A DNA stretch of 64,000 bases from Trueperaceae bacterium (GTDB lineage: Bacteria > Deinococcota > Deinococci > Deinococcales > Trueperaceae), in the NCBI GenBank assembly GCA_020431825.1, contig JAGQHN010000008.1, positions 6,167 through 70,166 on the forward strand, read 5' to 3'. The notes under the pieces were generated by a model that was not told where the DNA came from, ran no database searches, and saw only the letters and a program-made list of their open reading frames with translations. Position numbers and translations under genes: made by a program. This document shows positions 1 to 9,771 of this stretch, piece by piece (within the stretch, counting starts at the first letter, position 1; each line of letters starts with the position of its first letter).

Positions 1-696
1 CCTGATCGTTTGCAGGCACCCAATCAAACCTATCTTCTGGGCACCGATGAGCTAGGCCGTGATATTTTTAGCCGCGTGCTTTACGGAGGTCGCATCACCA
101 TTCCGGCAGGCCTTGCGGTCATTATTATTGATGGCATTTTAGGGCTGGTGATTGGCGCCGTTGCTGGTTACCTTGGTGGCATCTGGGACGAAATTATGAT
201 GCGCCTGACCGAGCTTTTTATGGCCTTCCCTACGATTATCTTAGCGATGGCAGTTACGGCTGCCCTTGGCCCCAGTCTGATGAATGCCGTCTTAGCTCTT
301 GTTATTGTCCGCTGGCCTGATTATGCACGGCTAACCAGAGGCATCATCATTGAAAATAAAACAGCCGAATATGTCGAGGCAGCCAAAGCTCTGGGCGGCA
401 AAAATCCCTATGTCCTTTTTCGCACCTTGTTACCTAACAGTCTTGCGCCTGTATTGGTTTACGGCTCACTTGATATTGGCAACGCCATTTTGATTTTTGC
501 TGGACTTAGTTTCTTAGGGCTTGGCCCTGAACCTGCTTCTCCAGAGTGGGGACGCATGATCTCTATTGGCATAGATTTTTTTGACCAGTGGTGGATGTGG
601 CTTTTTCCAGGGCTGGCCATTGCCAGTTTGGTGATGGCGTTTAATTTTATTGGCGATGGGTTACGGGATTTGCTTGATCCGAGGATGCGAACCTAA
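1..696 (+). CDS. ABC transporter permease, peptide/nickel (DppC/OppC-like) family; 5' end lies outside the window
   Basis: Reading frame is open from base 1. Multi-TM protein with LGTDELGRD near the N-terminal part and the binding-protein-dependent permease loop (EYVEAAKALGG). Confidence 0.8.
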   Translation, partial: PDRLQAPNQTYLLGTDELGRDIFSRVLYGGRITIPAGLAVIIIDGILGLVIGAVAGYLGGIWDEIMMRLTELFMAFPTIILAMAVTAALGPSLMNAVLALVIVRWPDYARLTRGIIIENKTAEYVEAAKALGGKNPYVLFRTLLPNSLAPVLVYGSLDIGNAILIFAGLSFLGLGPEPASPEWGRMISIGIDFFDQWWMWLFPGLAIASLVMAFNFIGDGLRDLLDPRMRT

Positions 697-714
697 AAAA
701 GTTATGCTTGAGAT

Positions 715-1728
715 ATGAAGCTCGAGTACCTCAACAAAATCATCATCGGCGGCTGGCAACTCTCTCAGGGTCACAGCGAAGCCTCACAAACCGAAGCGCT
801 CAAAGTCATAGAGAGTTACTACGCAGCAGGTTTCAGGGTTTTTGACTGCGCTGATATTTATACGGGTGTTGAAGCAAACATAGGAAACTTTATACGGGCA
901 CACGGACTGGGACCAGACGACATAAAAGTCCATACCAAGTATGTGCCTGATATGACGATGCTCGAGACTCTGACCTTTGAGCAAACCGAGGTGATTATTG
1001 ACCGCTCACGCTCGAGGCTTGGGCTCGAGCAACTTGACCTGGTGCAGTTTCACTGGTGGCACTACCCTAGCGGTAGCTACTTAGCGGCACTTGATAGCTT
1101 GAAAAAGCTCAAAGAGCTGGGCAAACTAAGAGAAATTGGTCTGACGAATTTTTCTGCTGAGCGTGTTCAGGGTATCGTTGACCACGGCATTCCGGTAGCC
1201 TCAATCCAGGTGCAATACTCAGTGATAGACAGGCGAGCAACAAAGAGGCTCGAGCAAGTCACCCAGGCAAATGACATCCAGTTGCTATGCTATGGCAGCG
1301 TAGCTGGCGGGCTTTTGTCTGACCATTATTTAGACAAAAGCGAACCTCAGGAACCTCACGAAAACCGCTCGCTGACCAAATATCTCCTTATGGTTGAAGA
1401 AATGGGCGGTTGGGATGCTTTGCAAGCTCTTCTAGGTGTTTTAAGAGCCATTGCCAATACGCACAACACAGATATTGCCTCGCTTGCTTCGGCCTATTGT
1501 CTGGCGCAAGCTGCGGTGCGCGCCTGCATTGTTGGCGCACGAAATACCAAACATCTGCAAGAACATGTGGCATTAAGGGATGGGCTCGAGCTTTCCGCAA
1601 CAGAACTCACACAAATTGAAACCGTCCGATCAAAGTTTAAAGCCATTCCTGGTGACGTTTACGAACTCGAGCGCGATGTCGAGGGCAGACACGGACGCAT
1701 TATGAAATACAACCTCAATAAAGGTTAA
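715..1728 (+). CDS. aldo/keto reductase family oxidoreductase
   Basis: 337 aa with AKR-like segments (FDCADIY, LDLVQFHWW, IGLTNF). Follows the permease gene by 18 nt. Confidence 0.75.
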   Translation: MKLEYLNKIIIGGWQLSQGHSEASQTEALKVIESYYAAGFRVFDCADIYTGVEANIGNFIRAHGLGPDDIKVHTKYVPDMTMLETLTFEQTEVIIDRSRSRLGLEQLDLVQFHWWHYPSGSYLAALDSLKKLKELGKLREIGLTNFSAERVQGIVDHGIPVASIQVQYSVIDRRATKRLEQVTQANDIQLLCYGSVAGGLLSDHYLDKSEPQEPHENRSLTKYLLMVEEMGGWDALQALLGVLRAIANTHNTDIASLASAYCLAQAAVRACIVGARNTKHLQEHVALRDGLELSATELTQIETVRSKFKAIPGDVYELERDVEGRHGRIMKYNLNKG

Positions 1729-1752
1729 ACCTTACATTTTACCCGGGTGATA

Positions 1753-1781
1753 TTGACAAACAGATTTTACCCGGGTAAAAT
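1753..1781 (+). promoter_or_regulatory. sigma70-type promoter TTGACA-17 nt-TAAAAT; predicted start site coincides with the ATG at 1788 (leaderless mRNA)
   Basis: TTGACA at 1753-1758 and TAAAAT at 1776-1781 with a 17-nt spacer. The ATG begins 7 nt after the -10 hexamer and has no Shine-Dalgarno sequence. Confidence 0.6.
1764..1781. promoter_or_regulatory. 18-bp perfect palindrome ATTTTACCCGGGTAAAAT overlapping the -10 element; candidate operator
   Basis: Perfect dyad read directly from the sequence. A 13-nt copy, ATTTTACCCGGGT, is repeated at 1736-1748, upstream of the -35 element. Confidence 0.55.
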
Positions 1782-1787
1782 TAAGCT

Positions 1788-2357
1788 ATGCAAACGAATG
1801 GTACATTTACAAGCTTTCACGATGTTCAAAAAATAGCTTCGGGTACTCTAGCTGAAACCCTGGCAACGACAAGAACTTACTTGGATAGTCAAGGTTTAGC
1901 CAAAGATCAGGGATCGCTGGAGCATTTGCTCATTTTTCACGACCAAACCGGCAGACAGGTCGAGTTTGATTTGCGTGGCACCTCCCAAGAGGTTCTGGAG
2001 CGCAACCTGCCCCAACCCGAAACCACTGGTCCAGGCAGACCAAAATTGGGCGTTGTGTCTAAAGAAGTCACCCTTTTGCCTCGCCACTGGGAGTGGCTCG
2101 AGTCGCAACCCAAAGGTATTTCAGGAACACTAAGGTTACTGGTCGATGAAGCGCGCAGACATAGCCCGGCAGTTAGTGCCAAAAAGCTCGAGGCTATAGA
2201 TAAATTTATGCTTGCTATGGCCGGCAATTTAGCAGGTTATGAAGAAGCCTCGAGGGCACTTTACAGCAGAGATTTTGATCGCCTGGAAAGGCAAATAAGT
2301 GCTTGGCCAGAAGACATTCAGAGCTTTGTCAGGGATAGACTGGCAGCTGGCGACTAA
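1788..2357 (+). CDS. hypothetical protein, DUF2239-like (recalled from memory), possibly DNA-binding
   Basis: 189-aa ORF directly behind a strong promoter. The central GRPKLGVV...LLPRHWEWL segment resembles DUF2239 proteins. Confidence 0.55.
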   Translation: MQTNGTFTSFHDVQKIASGTLAETLATTRTYLDSQGLAKDQGSLEHLLIFHDQTGRQVEFDLRGTSQEVLERNLPQPETTGPGRPKLGVVSKEVTLLPRHWEWLESQPKGISGTLRLLVDEARRHSPAVSAKKLEAIDKFMLAMAGNLAGYEEASRALYSRDFDRLERQISAWPEDIQSFVRDRLAAGD

Positions 2358-2400
2358 ACCTTTTTAAAGTTATTCTTTAAAAGAATGCTAGGCTTTCACT

Positions 2401-2739
2401 ATGCCTGGCATTTTTAAACTTTATGACCTGAAAGTCGAAATTGTAGCCGTCAAAGAGGGGCTCGAGGACATCTGCAATCATCATATCGGTGACTATTTTG
2501 AAGTCTCAGGGGAAAACCTGAGCATTCCAGCCGGAAAAACGTTTAGCATGTATGCACTAGCAGCAGTTTTGCCGCTCCTGCCAGCTAAACAACGCCTAAC
2601 CGATGAAAGCGACTGGATGAGCACAGACGATCTTGTTATGTGTCCTGACCCTAACTGTCAGGCAGTTATGAAAATTAGTCGAACCGGCATTCGTGAATTT
2701 CGCACTGAAGATGTCACAGTTGTCGCAAGCTCTGACTAA
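2401..2739 (+). CDS. small Cys/His-containing protein, TIGR04076-like
   Basis: 112 aa with CNHHIGDYF and CPDPNC segments. Family assignment is from memory only. Confidence 0.45.
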   Translation: MPGIFKLYDLKVEIVAVKEGLEDICNHHIGDYFEVSGENLSIPAGKTFSMYALAAVLPLLPAKQRLTDESDWMSTDDLVMCPDPNCQAVMKISRTGIREFRTEDVTVVASSD

Positions 2740-2853
2740 ACCCTCAAAAAGACATTCTTCGTTTTAAATCATTGGTAAGATCTTCAAACAAATCCAAACT
2801 AGAGACGGTTACGGTTTTTACCCAACCTTCTTATCCCTCAAGGAGTCAGCGCC

Positions 2854-3591
2854 ATGATTCAAACCCCAGATATCCAGCGTCCACCCAAGGAAATTGTCGA
2901 AGGTCTCAAGCGTATTGGCAGCGCTACCGCCAGTGGTGAACTGAGGCGCATGGGCATTCGTGATTCACAGATTCGTGGTCCGGTTGGCTGGACACCCGGT
3001 ATTACGGCGGCTGGCCCAGCACTAACCTTACAGTTTATGCCCTTAAGGGAAGACCAGTACAAAGAAGAAGAATATGGTGACCCCGAAACCCAGCTTCACC
3101 GCCATGTGCTCTACCATACGCAACCTGGCGATATGGTCGTGGTTGATGCCAGAGGCGATATGGCCAGTGGTGTTTTTGGAGAAATGATGCTGACCTACTT
3201 TAAAGGTCGCGGTGGTTCGGGGGTCGTCATAGATGGCTGCATTCGTGATTACCCAAGCGCCAAAGAGCTTGGACTGGGTCTTTGGATAAAAGGCGTTACG
3301 CCTAACTACCATACCCAAACAGGTATTTTCCCTTACGCTGTTAATGTACCCATTGCCTGTGGGGGTCGCCTGGTTATGCCCGGTGACATTATTGTGGCAG
3401 ATGAAGATGGGGTTGTCGTTGTGCCTGTTGGTTTGGCAGCTGACCTTTTAGGCCATGCCAGAGAGCACGCCGAGTGGGAGGTCTTTTCCAAGATGAAGCT
3501 CGAGCAAGGCGGCGACCTGCGCAAGTACTATCCTTTAAGCAAAGAGGGTTGGGCAGAGTACGAAGTCTGGCGCAAAGAGCAAAACAAGTAA
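2854..3591 (+). CDS. RraA family protein (4-hydroxy-4-methyl-2-oxoglutarate aldolase / oxaloacetate decarboxylase-like)
   Basis: GEMMLTYFKGRGGSGVVIDGCIRD core typical of the RraA/DlpA fold. AAGGAG ribosome-binding site 8 nt upstream of the ATG. Confidence 0.7.
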   Translation: MIQTPDIQRPPKEIVEGLKRIGSATASGELRRMGIRDSQIRGPVGWTPGITAAGPALTLQFMPLREDQYKEEEYGDPETQLHRHVLYHTQPGDMVVVDARGDMASGVFGEMMLTYFKGRGGSGVVIDGCIRDYPSAKELGLGLWIKGVTPNYHTQTGIFPYAVNVPIACGGRLVMPGDIIVADEDGVVVVPVGLAADLLGHAREHAEWEVFSKMKLEQGGDLRKYYPLSKEGWAEYEVWRKEQNK

Positions 3592-3606
3592 AACTATTCA
3601 TGTCTG

Positions 3607-3648
3607 GGATCAGTAGTCAAAGCAGGCTGCTGATCCTCCTTTATTTTT
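3607..3648 (+). terminator. rho-independent terminator after the RraA-like gene
   Basis: 10-bp stem GGAUCAGUAG/CUGCUGAUCC (one G-U pair) followed by the tract UCCUUUAUUUUU. Confidence 0.65.
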
Positions 3649-3665
3649 AAAAGAGGGTAATCGCT

Positions 3666-4694
3666 ATGAAGGTACTTATAACAGGTGGTACAGGTGACAT
3701 AGGCAGTGCCGCCAGCAAACGTTTTTTAGAACTAGGCTGGGATGTTCATATCATTGATCTAAAAGATGAAATGGATATGGCTCCAGTTACTTACGCAAAG
3801 TGCAACATCATGGACTTTGATGACCTCAAAGAGCAAATGGAAGGCTGTGACGCGGTGGTACATATGGCAGCCATACGCGCGCCCACCATCGCACCTAATC
3901 CAGAAGTTTTTCGCATTAATGTAGCTGGCACCTTTAATGTCTACGAGGCCGCCGCGCAACTCGGCATCAAACGGGTCGTACAGGCCAGTTCCATCAATGC
4001 GATTGGCTGTGTCTGGAGTATTGGCGACATTCACCCGCAGTATTTTCCCCTTGATGAAGAGCACCCACGGTTTACGACCGATTCCTATTCTTTATCGAAG
4101 CAAATGGTTGAAGACCTGGCTGAGTATTTTTATCACCGTGACGGCATTTCGGGCGTTTCCTTCCGCTTTCCCTGGGTTTATAACCGCGAAAAACATATCA
4201 ATGAAGGCTATTTTGAACGCATGCGCACTAACCGCGACAATGTGCTGGCGCTGTTTGAGCAAAGTCCTGAGGACCAAAAGAAAAGACTCGAGCGCCTAAA
4301 GACAGAGGTTCTGGCGTTTCGCAAGACGAGGCCGCTCGAGTATGCTCAGGTCAAAGACCGCAAACATCCTTTTGCCCAGGATCACGCTGACCCACTGTGG
4401 CGTTTTTATGCTTTTGACCGCTTTGACTACTGGGTCAATCTGGATGACCGTGACGCCGCGCAAGCTATCGAAAAAAGCGTAACATCTGACTATGAGGGAA
4501 GCCACCCTCTTTTTGTCATGGCACCCAAAAACACTCTGGGCATAAGCAGTCGCAAACTTGCCGAAACTTTCTATCCTGAAGTTGTAACCTGGAAAAAAGA
4601 TATACAGGGCGCCGAGGCTCTGGTCAGTAGCGATAGAGCAAGAGCACTGATTGGTTTTGACCCGCAGTACCAGCTAAGCCTTCCAGATGCCTAA
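3666..4694 (+). CDS. NAD-dependent epimerase/dehydratase family protein
   Basis: N-terminal Rossmann motif VLITGGTGDIGS. Extended SDR length of 342 aa. Confidence 0.7.
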   Translation: MKVLITGGTGDIGSAASKRFLELGWDVHIIDLKDEMDMAPVTYAKCNIMDFDDLKEQMEGCDAVVHMAAIRAPTIAPNPEVFRINVAGTFNVYEAAAQLGIKRVVQASSINAIGCVWSIGDIHPQYFPLDEEHPRFTTDSYSLSKQMVEDLAEYFYHRDGISGVSFRFPWVYNREKHINEGYFERMRTNRDNVLALFEQSPEDQKKRLERLKTEVLAFRKTRPLEYAQVKDRKHPFAQDHADPLWRFYAFDRFDYWVNLDDRDAAQAIEKSVTSDYEGSHPLFVMAPKNTLGISSRKLAETFYPEVVTWKKDIQGAEALVSSDRARALIGFDPQYQLSLPDA

Positions 4695-4839
4695 AAATGA
4701 CTGCCTCATTATGCTGTTGCCTGGTGAATAGTTTTTCAAAGCTAAACAATTCCTGGCAAAAACAAAGCTCAAAGAACTTAGTTCTCAATCTATTTTATAG
4801 ACCGCCGATTATTTAGTGGAACATGAGGTTTTAATCTAA

Positions 4840-5973
4840 ATGCACTTTACTACTTTATCCCACCCGAGAAAGCTATTTGTTCAACTTGTATTTCTGGCAT
4901 TGTCCTTTTTAATAGGATCATTAACAAAAGCCCAAACTGTCAATGTCAATAGTTCTTTAGCCAAACAATTACAAGAACGTTTGGATACTTCTGTCGATAG
5001 TTCAGGGGCAGCGGGTGCTGTACTCTTTATTCAAAGCCCTAGCTTTACATGGATAGGCTCGAGTGGTTTTGCTGATCTGGAGCAAAAGCGCTCTATGAGT
5101 ACTGATGACGCCTTAAGACTTGCCAGTATGACCAAGACTTTTGTTAGCGTCACAGTTTTAAAACTTGCCGAAGAAGGAAAAATTGCTCTGGATGATCCTG
5201 TTACAAAGTATCTATCTACCCCGGCAGTTAGTGCCATTCCTAATAGTTCAGAAATAAGTATTCGACACCTGCTAGCCATGACAAGTGGCGTTTTTGATTA
5301 CACCGATAGTGATGACTACAATGATGCTATCGAAACGTTTCCTGAACGCCGCCCCTGGAAAGCTGAAGAGGTGCTGGCTTATATCCCTCTGGAAAATGCC
5401 CTCTTTCTCCCGGGAGAAGGCTGGAGCTATTCCAATAGCAATTACGTCTTGCTTGACTTGCTTGTTAAAGAAGTCAGTGGGACTTCTCTGGCGAGTGAAA
5501 TCAGACGCATTATTATTGACCCTTTAGATTTGCAGCATAGCTTTATGGAGATACAAGAGCCTAGGCCGGGGGGATTTGGTGGTTTAAAAGTGCGAGGTTA
5601 TGAAGAAGGAGAAGATGTTACCGAAATTCAAGATGCTTTAGGTCTGGGCGACGGGGGTCTTATCTCTACTGCTTATGAAGTAAGTCAGTTTCTAAAAGCC
5701 CTCTTTACCGACAAGTCACTAATCAATGACGAAATGCTTTTAGAGATGCGGAAATTTCATCCTCAAGAAGATTATGGTTTAGGTCTCGAGCGCCGTGAGA
5801 CCCAGTTCGGTACAGCATGGGGACACAGTGGGGCGTCATCTGGCTTTCAAGGTGATATGCTGTATTTTCCCGAAAAGGATTTTATCTTTGTATTGTTAAG
5901 TAATACGATGGATACAGATCTTTGTGACATCATTTTCAGTGAAACCATGGACCTTATAAATGCCAATGAATAA
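4840..5973 (+). CDS. secreted serine hydrolase (beta-lactamase class C / DD-peptidase-like)
   Basis: Signal peptide, SxxK motif (SMTK) and YxN motif (YSN). Confidence 0.75.
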   Translation: MHFTTLSHPRKLFVQLVFLALSFLIGSLTKAQTVNVNSSLAKQLQERLDTSVDSSGAAGAVLFIQSPSFTWIGSSGFADLEQKRSMSTDDALRLASMTKTFVSVTVLKLAEEGKIALDDPVTKYLSTPAVSAIPNSSEISIRHLLAMTSGVFDYTDSDDYNDAIETFPERRPWKAEEVLAYIPLENALFLPGEGWSYSNSNYVLLDLLVKEVSGTSLASEIRRIIIDPLDLQHSFMEIQEPRPGGFGGLKVRGYEEGEDVTEIQDALGLGDGGLISTAYEVSQFLKALFTDKSLINDEMLLEMRKFHPQEDYGLGLERRETQFGTAWGHSGASSGFQGDMLYFPEKDFIFVLLSNTMDTDLCDIIFSETMDLINANE

Positions 5974-6051
5974 CCTTTACCAAATATCTCTACGAGCTAT
6001 TTTCAACTTATTCACAACTTTGTTTAACGAAACAACCTACTAGGAGTCAAT

Positions 6052-6885
6052 ATGCGTCTGGGTGGCCCTTGCAATAGTAAAGATTCACCAGAAAGCTGGG
6101 TAGCTGAACTTAAACGCCTGGGCTACCGTGCTGCCATTTTCCCTTTCAAACATGATGCCGATAGAGAAACCTCTCATGCTTTTGCCAAAGCGGCAGAAGA
6201 AGCAGATATTTTACTGGCCGAAGTTGGTGCCTGGTCAAACCCTATGAGTCCAGACGACAACGAACGTAAGCAAGCGATTTCTTTTTGTCAGGAGCAGCTT
6301 GCACTTGCCGACGAGATTGGCGCGCGGTGCTGTGTAAATATTGCAGGCTCGAGAGGTCACCGTTGGGACGGTCCGCACCCTGAAAACTTAAGTCAGGATA
6401 TGTTTGCCCTGATTGTTGAAACCACGCAGCAAATCATAGATGCGGTAAAACCAAAACGCAGTTTTTACTGCCTTGAAAGCATGCCCTGGGTTTTTCCTGA
6501 TTCACCCGAGAGCTATCTAGACTTGCTTAAAGCTATTGATCGACCTGCCTGCTCGGTACACTTTGACCCGGTCAATATGATCTCGAGCCCACAGCGCTAC
6601 TTTCGCAATGCCGACTTTTTGCGCGAATGTTTTCGCTTACTTGGCCCTCAAATCAAAAGCTGCCACGCCAAGGACATCAAATTGCAAAAAGAATTGACTG
6701 TTCACCTTGATGAAGTGCGCCCGGGTCAGGGATTTTTAGACTATGAGGTGTTCCTGAATGAACTGAACAAACTGGACCCGGATACACCCCTGATTATCGA
6801 GCACCTCCCTAATGATGAGGAATACCGACTGGCAGCTGAACATATTCGTGACGTGGCCAAGCGTTTAACCATACCTGGGGTCTAA
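6052..6885 (+). CDS. sugar phosphate isomerase/epimerase (xylose isomerase-like TIM barrel)
   Basis: 277 aa with the family pattern (CVNIAGS, HFDPVN, HAKD, IIEH). AGGAG ribosome-binding site upstream. Confidence 0.65.
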   Translation: MRLGGPCNSKDSPESWVAELKRLGYRAAIFPFKHDADRETSHAFAKAAEEADILLAEVGAWSNPMSPDDNERKQAISFCQEQLALADEIGARCCVNIAGSRGHRWDGPHPENLSQDMFALIVETTQQIIDAVKPKRSFYCLESMPWVFPDSPESYLDLLKAIDRPACSVHFDPVNMISSPQRYFRNADFLRECFRLLGPQIKSCHAKDIKLQKELTVHLDEVRPGQGFLDYEVFLNELNKLDPDTPLIIEHLPNDEEYRLAAEHIRDVAKRLTIPGV

Positions 6886-7758
6886 ATGTCAAACTATTCT
6901 ATAAGTCTAGATATTGGTGGTAGCCATGGTACAGCCGCGCTGGTTGACCTCGAGCAAAAACAAATTATTGAGCAGAGCATTCAGCGGCAGACGTATAATC
7001 ATGAAGACAGTGCCGAAAATCTGCTAGCCATTTGGGCAACAATTGCCCTTCAGAGCCTTCCACAAACACCCGTAACTATAAGACACATTGGTCTGGCAAT
7101 GCCTGCGCCCTTTGACTATGAATCGGGTATTTCTTTACTCGAGCATAAACTAAAAGCACTTTTTCAGGTGAATGTTCGAGAGGCGTTGGCAAAAAGCTGG
7201 CACGGAACCAGACTCGAGTCCGTGCCGATATACTTTGGCAATGATGCTGACCTTTTTGCTCTTGGTGAGTGGTGGGCTGGTTCTGCTCAGGGCAGTAAGC
7301 GCATGATTGGCATTACGTTAGGAACGGGTTTGGGTGCAGGTTTTGTTGAAGCGGGCAAAGTCTTACGTCACGACAAACGCATTCCACCAGACGGAGAAAT
7401 CTGGAATTTGCCCTTTCAAGATGGCATTGCCGAAGATTTTGTAAGTGCAACCGCGCTGGTAAAAACGTATCATGTCAAAACTGGAAAGAGCTTGTCAGGC
7501 AAGCAGCTTGCCCAACTGGCAAGGCAGGGAAACCAGGAAGCACAAGCTAGCTTTAGCGAAATGGGCGAATACTTTGCCCAGGTACTCGAGCCCCTTGTTT
7601 ACAGATTTCAACCTGATACGCTGGTCTTAGGCGGAAACCTAGCCAGGGCTTTTGATTTGTTCGGCAGCCCTCTGGAGAGATTTACTGGCCTGAAGTGCCA
7701 GATAAGCCAGCACTTCGAGCAGGCAGCCCTTTTTGGTGCAGCGGCTTTAAAAACTTAG
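6886..7758 (+). CDS. ROK family protein (sugar kinase-like)
   Basis: LDIGGSH N-terminal ATPase motif and GNDADLFALGEWWAG. Start codon abuts the preceding stop codon. Confidence 0.7.
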   Translation: MSNYSISLDIGGSHGTAALVDLEQKQIIEQSIQRQTYNHEDSAENLLAIWATIALQSLPQTPVTIRHIGLAMPAPFDYESGISLLEHKLKALFQVNVREALAKSWHGTRLESVPIYFGNDADLFALGEWWAGSAQGSKRMIGITLGTGLGAGFVEAGKVLRHDKRIPPDGEIWNLPFQDGIAEDFVSATALVKTYHVKTGKSLSGKQLAQLARQGNQEAQASFSEMGEYFAQVLEPLVYRFQPDTLVLGGNLARAFDLFGSPLERFTGLKCQISQHFEQAALFGAAALKT

Positions 7759-8766
7759 CTTTATAGGGACTCGAGCCCCTTTCTCAGAACTTTCCACCGC
7801 ACCCAGCACCATAGCCAGACTTTTTATATTATCGGTGCAAATCGTTTCAGGTTCTTTACCCTCGAGCATGGCGTGCGTAAAACTCTGCAAGGCACCCAGA
7901 TGCCCTGCCCCAAAATCAGTCGCCTTGTGACTATGGACAGTTAACGGTTTATAAGTGGATAAAAAGCCCGAATTATCTTCAATTAGCTCGGCTTTAAAGC
8001 CCTCAGCTCCATTCCAGCTCACACTGCCTTTAGTACCAATGATGCGCCACTCACTTTCCCAGGTGGTACGCAAACCTTCGGCGCACCAGCTTCCCCGGTA
8101 GTTAAACAGCACCCCGTCGGTCATTTCAAAAATGGCAATGGCAGAGGCATCCTGATCGTACCAGGAACCTTTGGGGTTCCACTCATGGCAATAGACCGCC
8201 TCTGGGTCTTTTTCTATCAAAAAACGGGCCGCGTCAAAGGTATGAATCGCCATATCTTTAACCAGAATGTGTTTCATATGATCACGAAACCCACCAAACC
8301 GCGCTCCCACAAAAAAATCAGCATGAACTGTCGTAATATCTCCGAGCACACCTGAAGCCAGAAAGGCTTTCAGACTGCGAATGTTGGGATCGTAACGGCG
8401 GTTTTGCATAACCGCATAGACTTTGCCCGCCTCTTTAGCGGCCTTAACCATCTGCTGAGCTTCGGTTAAAGAATCAGCCATAGGCTTTTCGCCAAAAACA
8501 TGACAGCCTGCTTTTAGCGCCGCAAGGCTAACATCATAGTGCGCCTGGGGAATGGTGCAATCAAAAACGAGGTCGGGTTTTAGCTTATGAAGCATGTCAA
8601 AAAGACTCGAGCCTGTTACAAGCTCAAGCTCAAACTGCTGAGCCCGCTGTTTGGCCAAAGCCTCATCCAAATCAACCAGACCCAAAAGCTCAATTTCAGG
8701 TATCTGCGCTATGGCCTTAAGCCAGGTCTGACTTATGCCGCCACAACCAACCAGAAGCGTCTTCAT
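7747..8766 (-). CDS. Gfo/Idh/MocA family oxidoreductase
   Basis: Rossmann N-terminus MKTLLVGCGGIS and an EKP motif (GEKPMA). Confidence 0.8.
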   Translation of the reverse strand: MKTLLVGCGGISQTWLKAIAQIPEIELLGLVDLDEALAKQRAQQFELELVTGSSLFDMLHKLKPDLVFDCTIPQAHYDVSLAALKAGCHVFGEKPMADSLTEAQQMVKAAKEAGKVYAVMQNRRYDPNIRSLKAFLASGVLGDITTVHADFFVGARFGGFRDHMKHILVKDMAIHTFDAARFLIEKDPEAVYCHEWNPKGSWYDQDASAIAIFEMTDGVLFNYRGSWCAEGLRTTWESEWRIIGTKGSVSWNGAEGFKAELIEDNSGFLSTYKPLTVHSHKATDFGAGHLGALQSFTHAMLEGKEPETICTDNIKSLAMVLGAVESSEKGARVPIKLSF

Positions 8767-9771
8767 TTATCTGACCCGCTCACCATTCAGACGGTGCCCT
8801 ATAAGAGAGGAAATAATAATGATACCGTAAAAAAATTGGGTAAAAAACCCTGTTAAGCCCGCAGCGATAACGCCTGTTTCAATAAAAGACACAATCGAAA
8901 CTCCAAAAACCCCTCCCAGAACCGTGCCAATGCCCCCCCAGGCTGGCGTTCCACCTACAAAAATACCGGCTAAAACAGGCAGTAGCAAACCGTCCCCCGT
9001 TGTAGGCCACCAGACAAAATTAATCATGACCGAGAACACACCCGCAAAGGCCGCACCCAAACCCGAAAAAACAAAAACCATAATGCGAGTACGCTTAACA
9101 TTAATGCCCATCTCCTGAGCACTGCCCGGGTGATCGCCTACACAGTGAACATGGACGCCAAATTTATGGAAGTTATAAAGCAAAAACCCAATGATGGCAA
9201 AGCCTAGCGCCCAAAACATCTGATTGGGAATGCCAAAGGTCGTGCCTGTTAAGAGCGTGTGAAAGAGCGTGCCCCGAATTTCTGGAAGGGCGATTGAAAA
9301 GCCTTCTGCCCCAATATTAATTAAGCCCCGCAGCAAGAAGTTCATCCCTAAAGTGGCAATCAGTGCCGAAAGACCAAACTGAACGACAAATATCCCGTTG
9401 ACAAAACCAAGTAAGAGACCAATGGCTAAAGCCGCTATAAGTGCCAGAAGAGGATTTCCCCCCACATCAATAATGCTGGCAAACCCATAAGATGCCATAC
9501 CAACAATTGCAGGGAAAGCCAAATCTATTTCACCTGCTGTGACCACAAAAACCAGTGGAACAACCAGAAATATCGAAATGGGCAGCGCTATCATAACAGC
9601 GCGGTAGGTCTTAAACTGCGTAAAAACAGAGGGATTTGCCAGGGTAAAGGCAATAAGCATGACAACTAAAAAGGCAGCTGAGGTAAGGACACGACGGTTA
9701 TTGCGCAACCACTTTTGAAAAGAAGAAACTTCATCTCGGCCCTTACGACGATCTATCGACTGGGTACTCAT
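8767..9771 (-). CDS. sugar ABC transporter permease (ribose/xylose type)
   Basis: 334 aa, polytopic and glycine-rich membrane protein, immediately downstream of the ATPase gene. Confidence 0.8.
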   Translation of the reverse strand: MSTQSIDRRKGRDEVSSFQKWLRNNRRVLTSAAFLVVMLIAFTLANPSVFTQFKTYRAVMIALPISIFLVVPLVFVVTAGEIDLAFPAIVGMASYGFASIIDVGGNPLLALIAALAIGLLLGFVNGIFVVQFGLSALIATLGMNFLLRGLINIGAEGFSIALPEIRGTLFHTLLTGTTFGIPNQMFWALGFAIIGFLLYNFHKFGVHVHCVGDHPGSAQEMGINVKRTRIMVFVFSGLGAAFAGVFSVMINFVWWPTTGDGLLLPVLAGIFVGGTPAWGGIGTVLGGVFGVSIVSFIETGVIAAGLTGFFTQFFYGIIIISSLIGHRLNGERVR

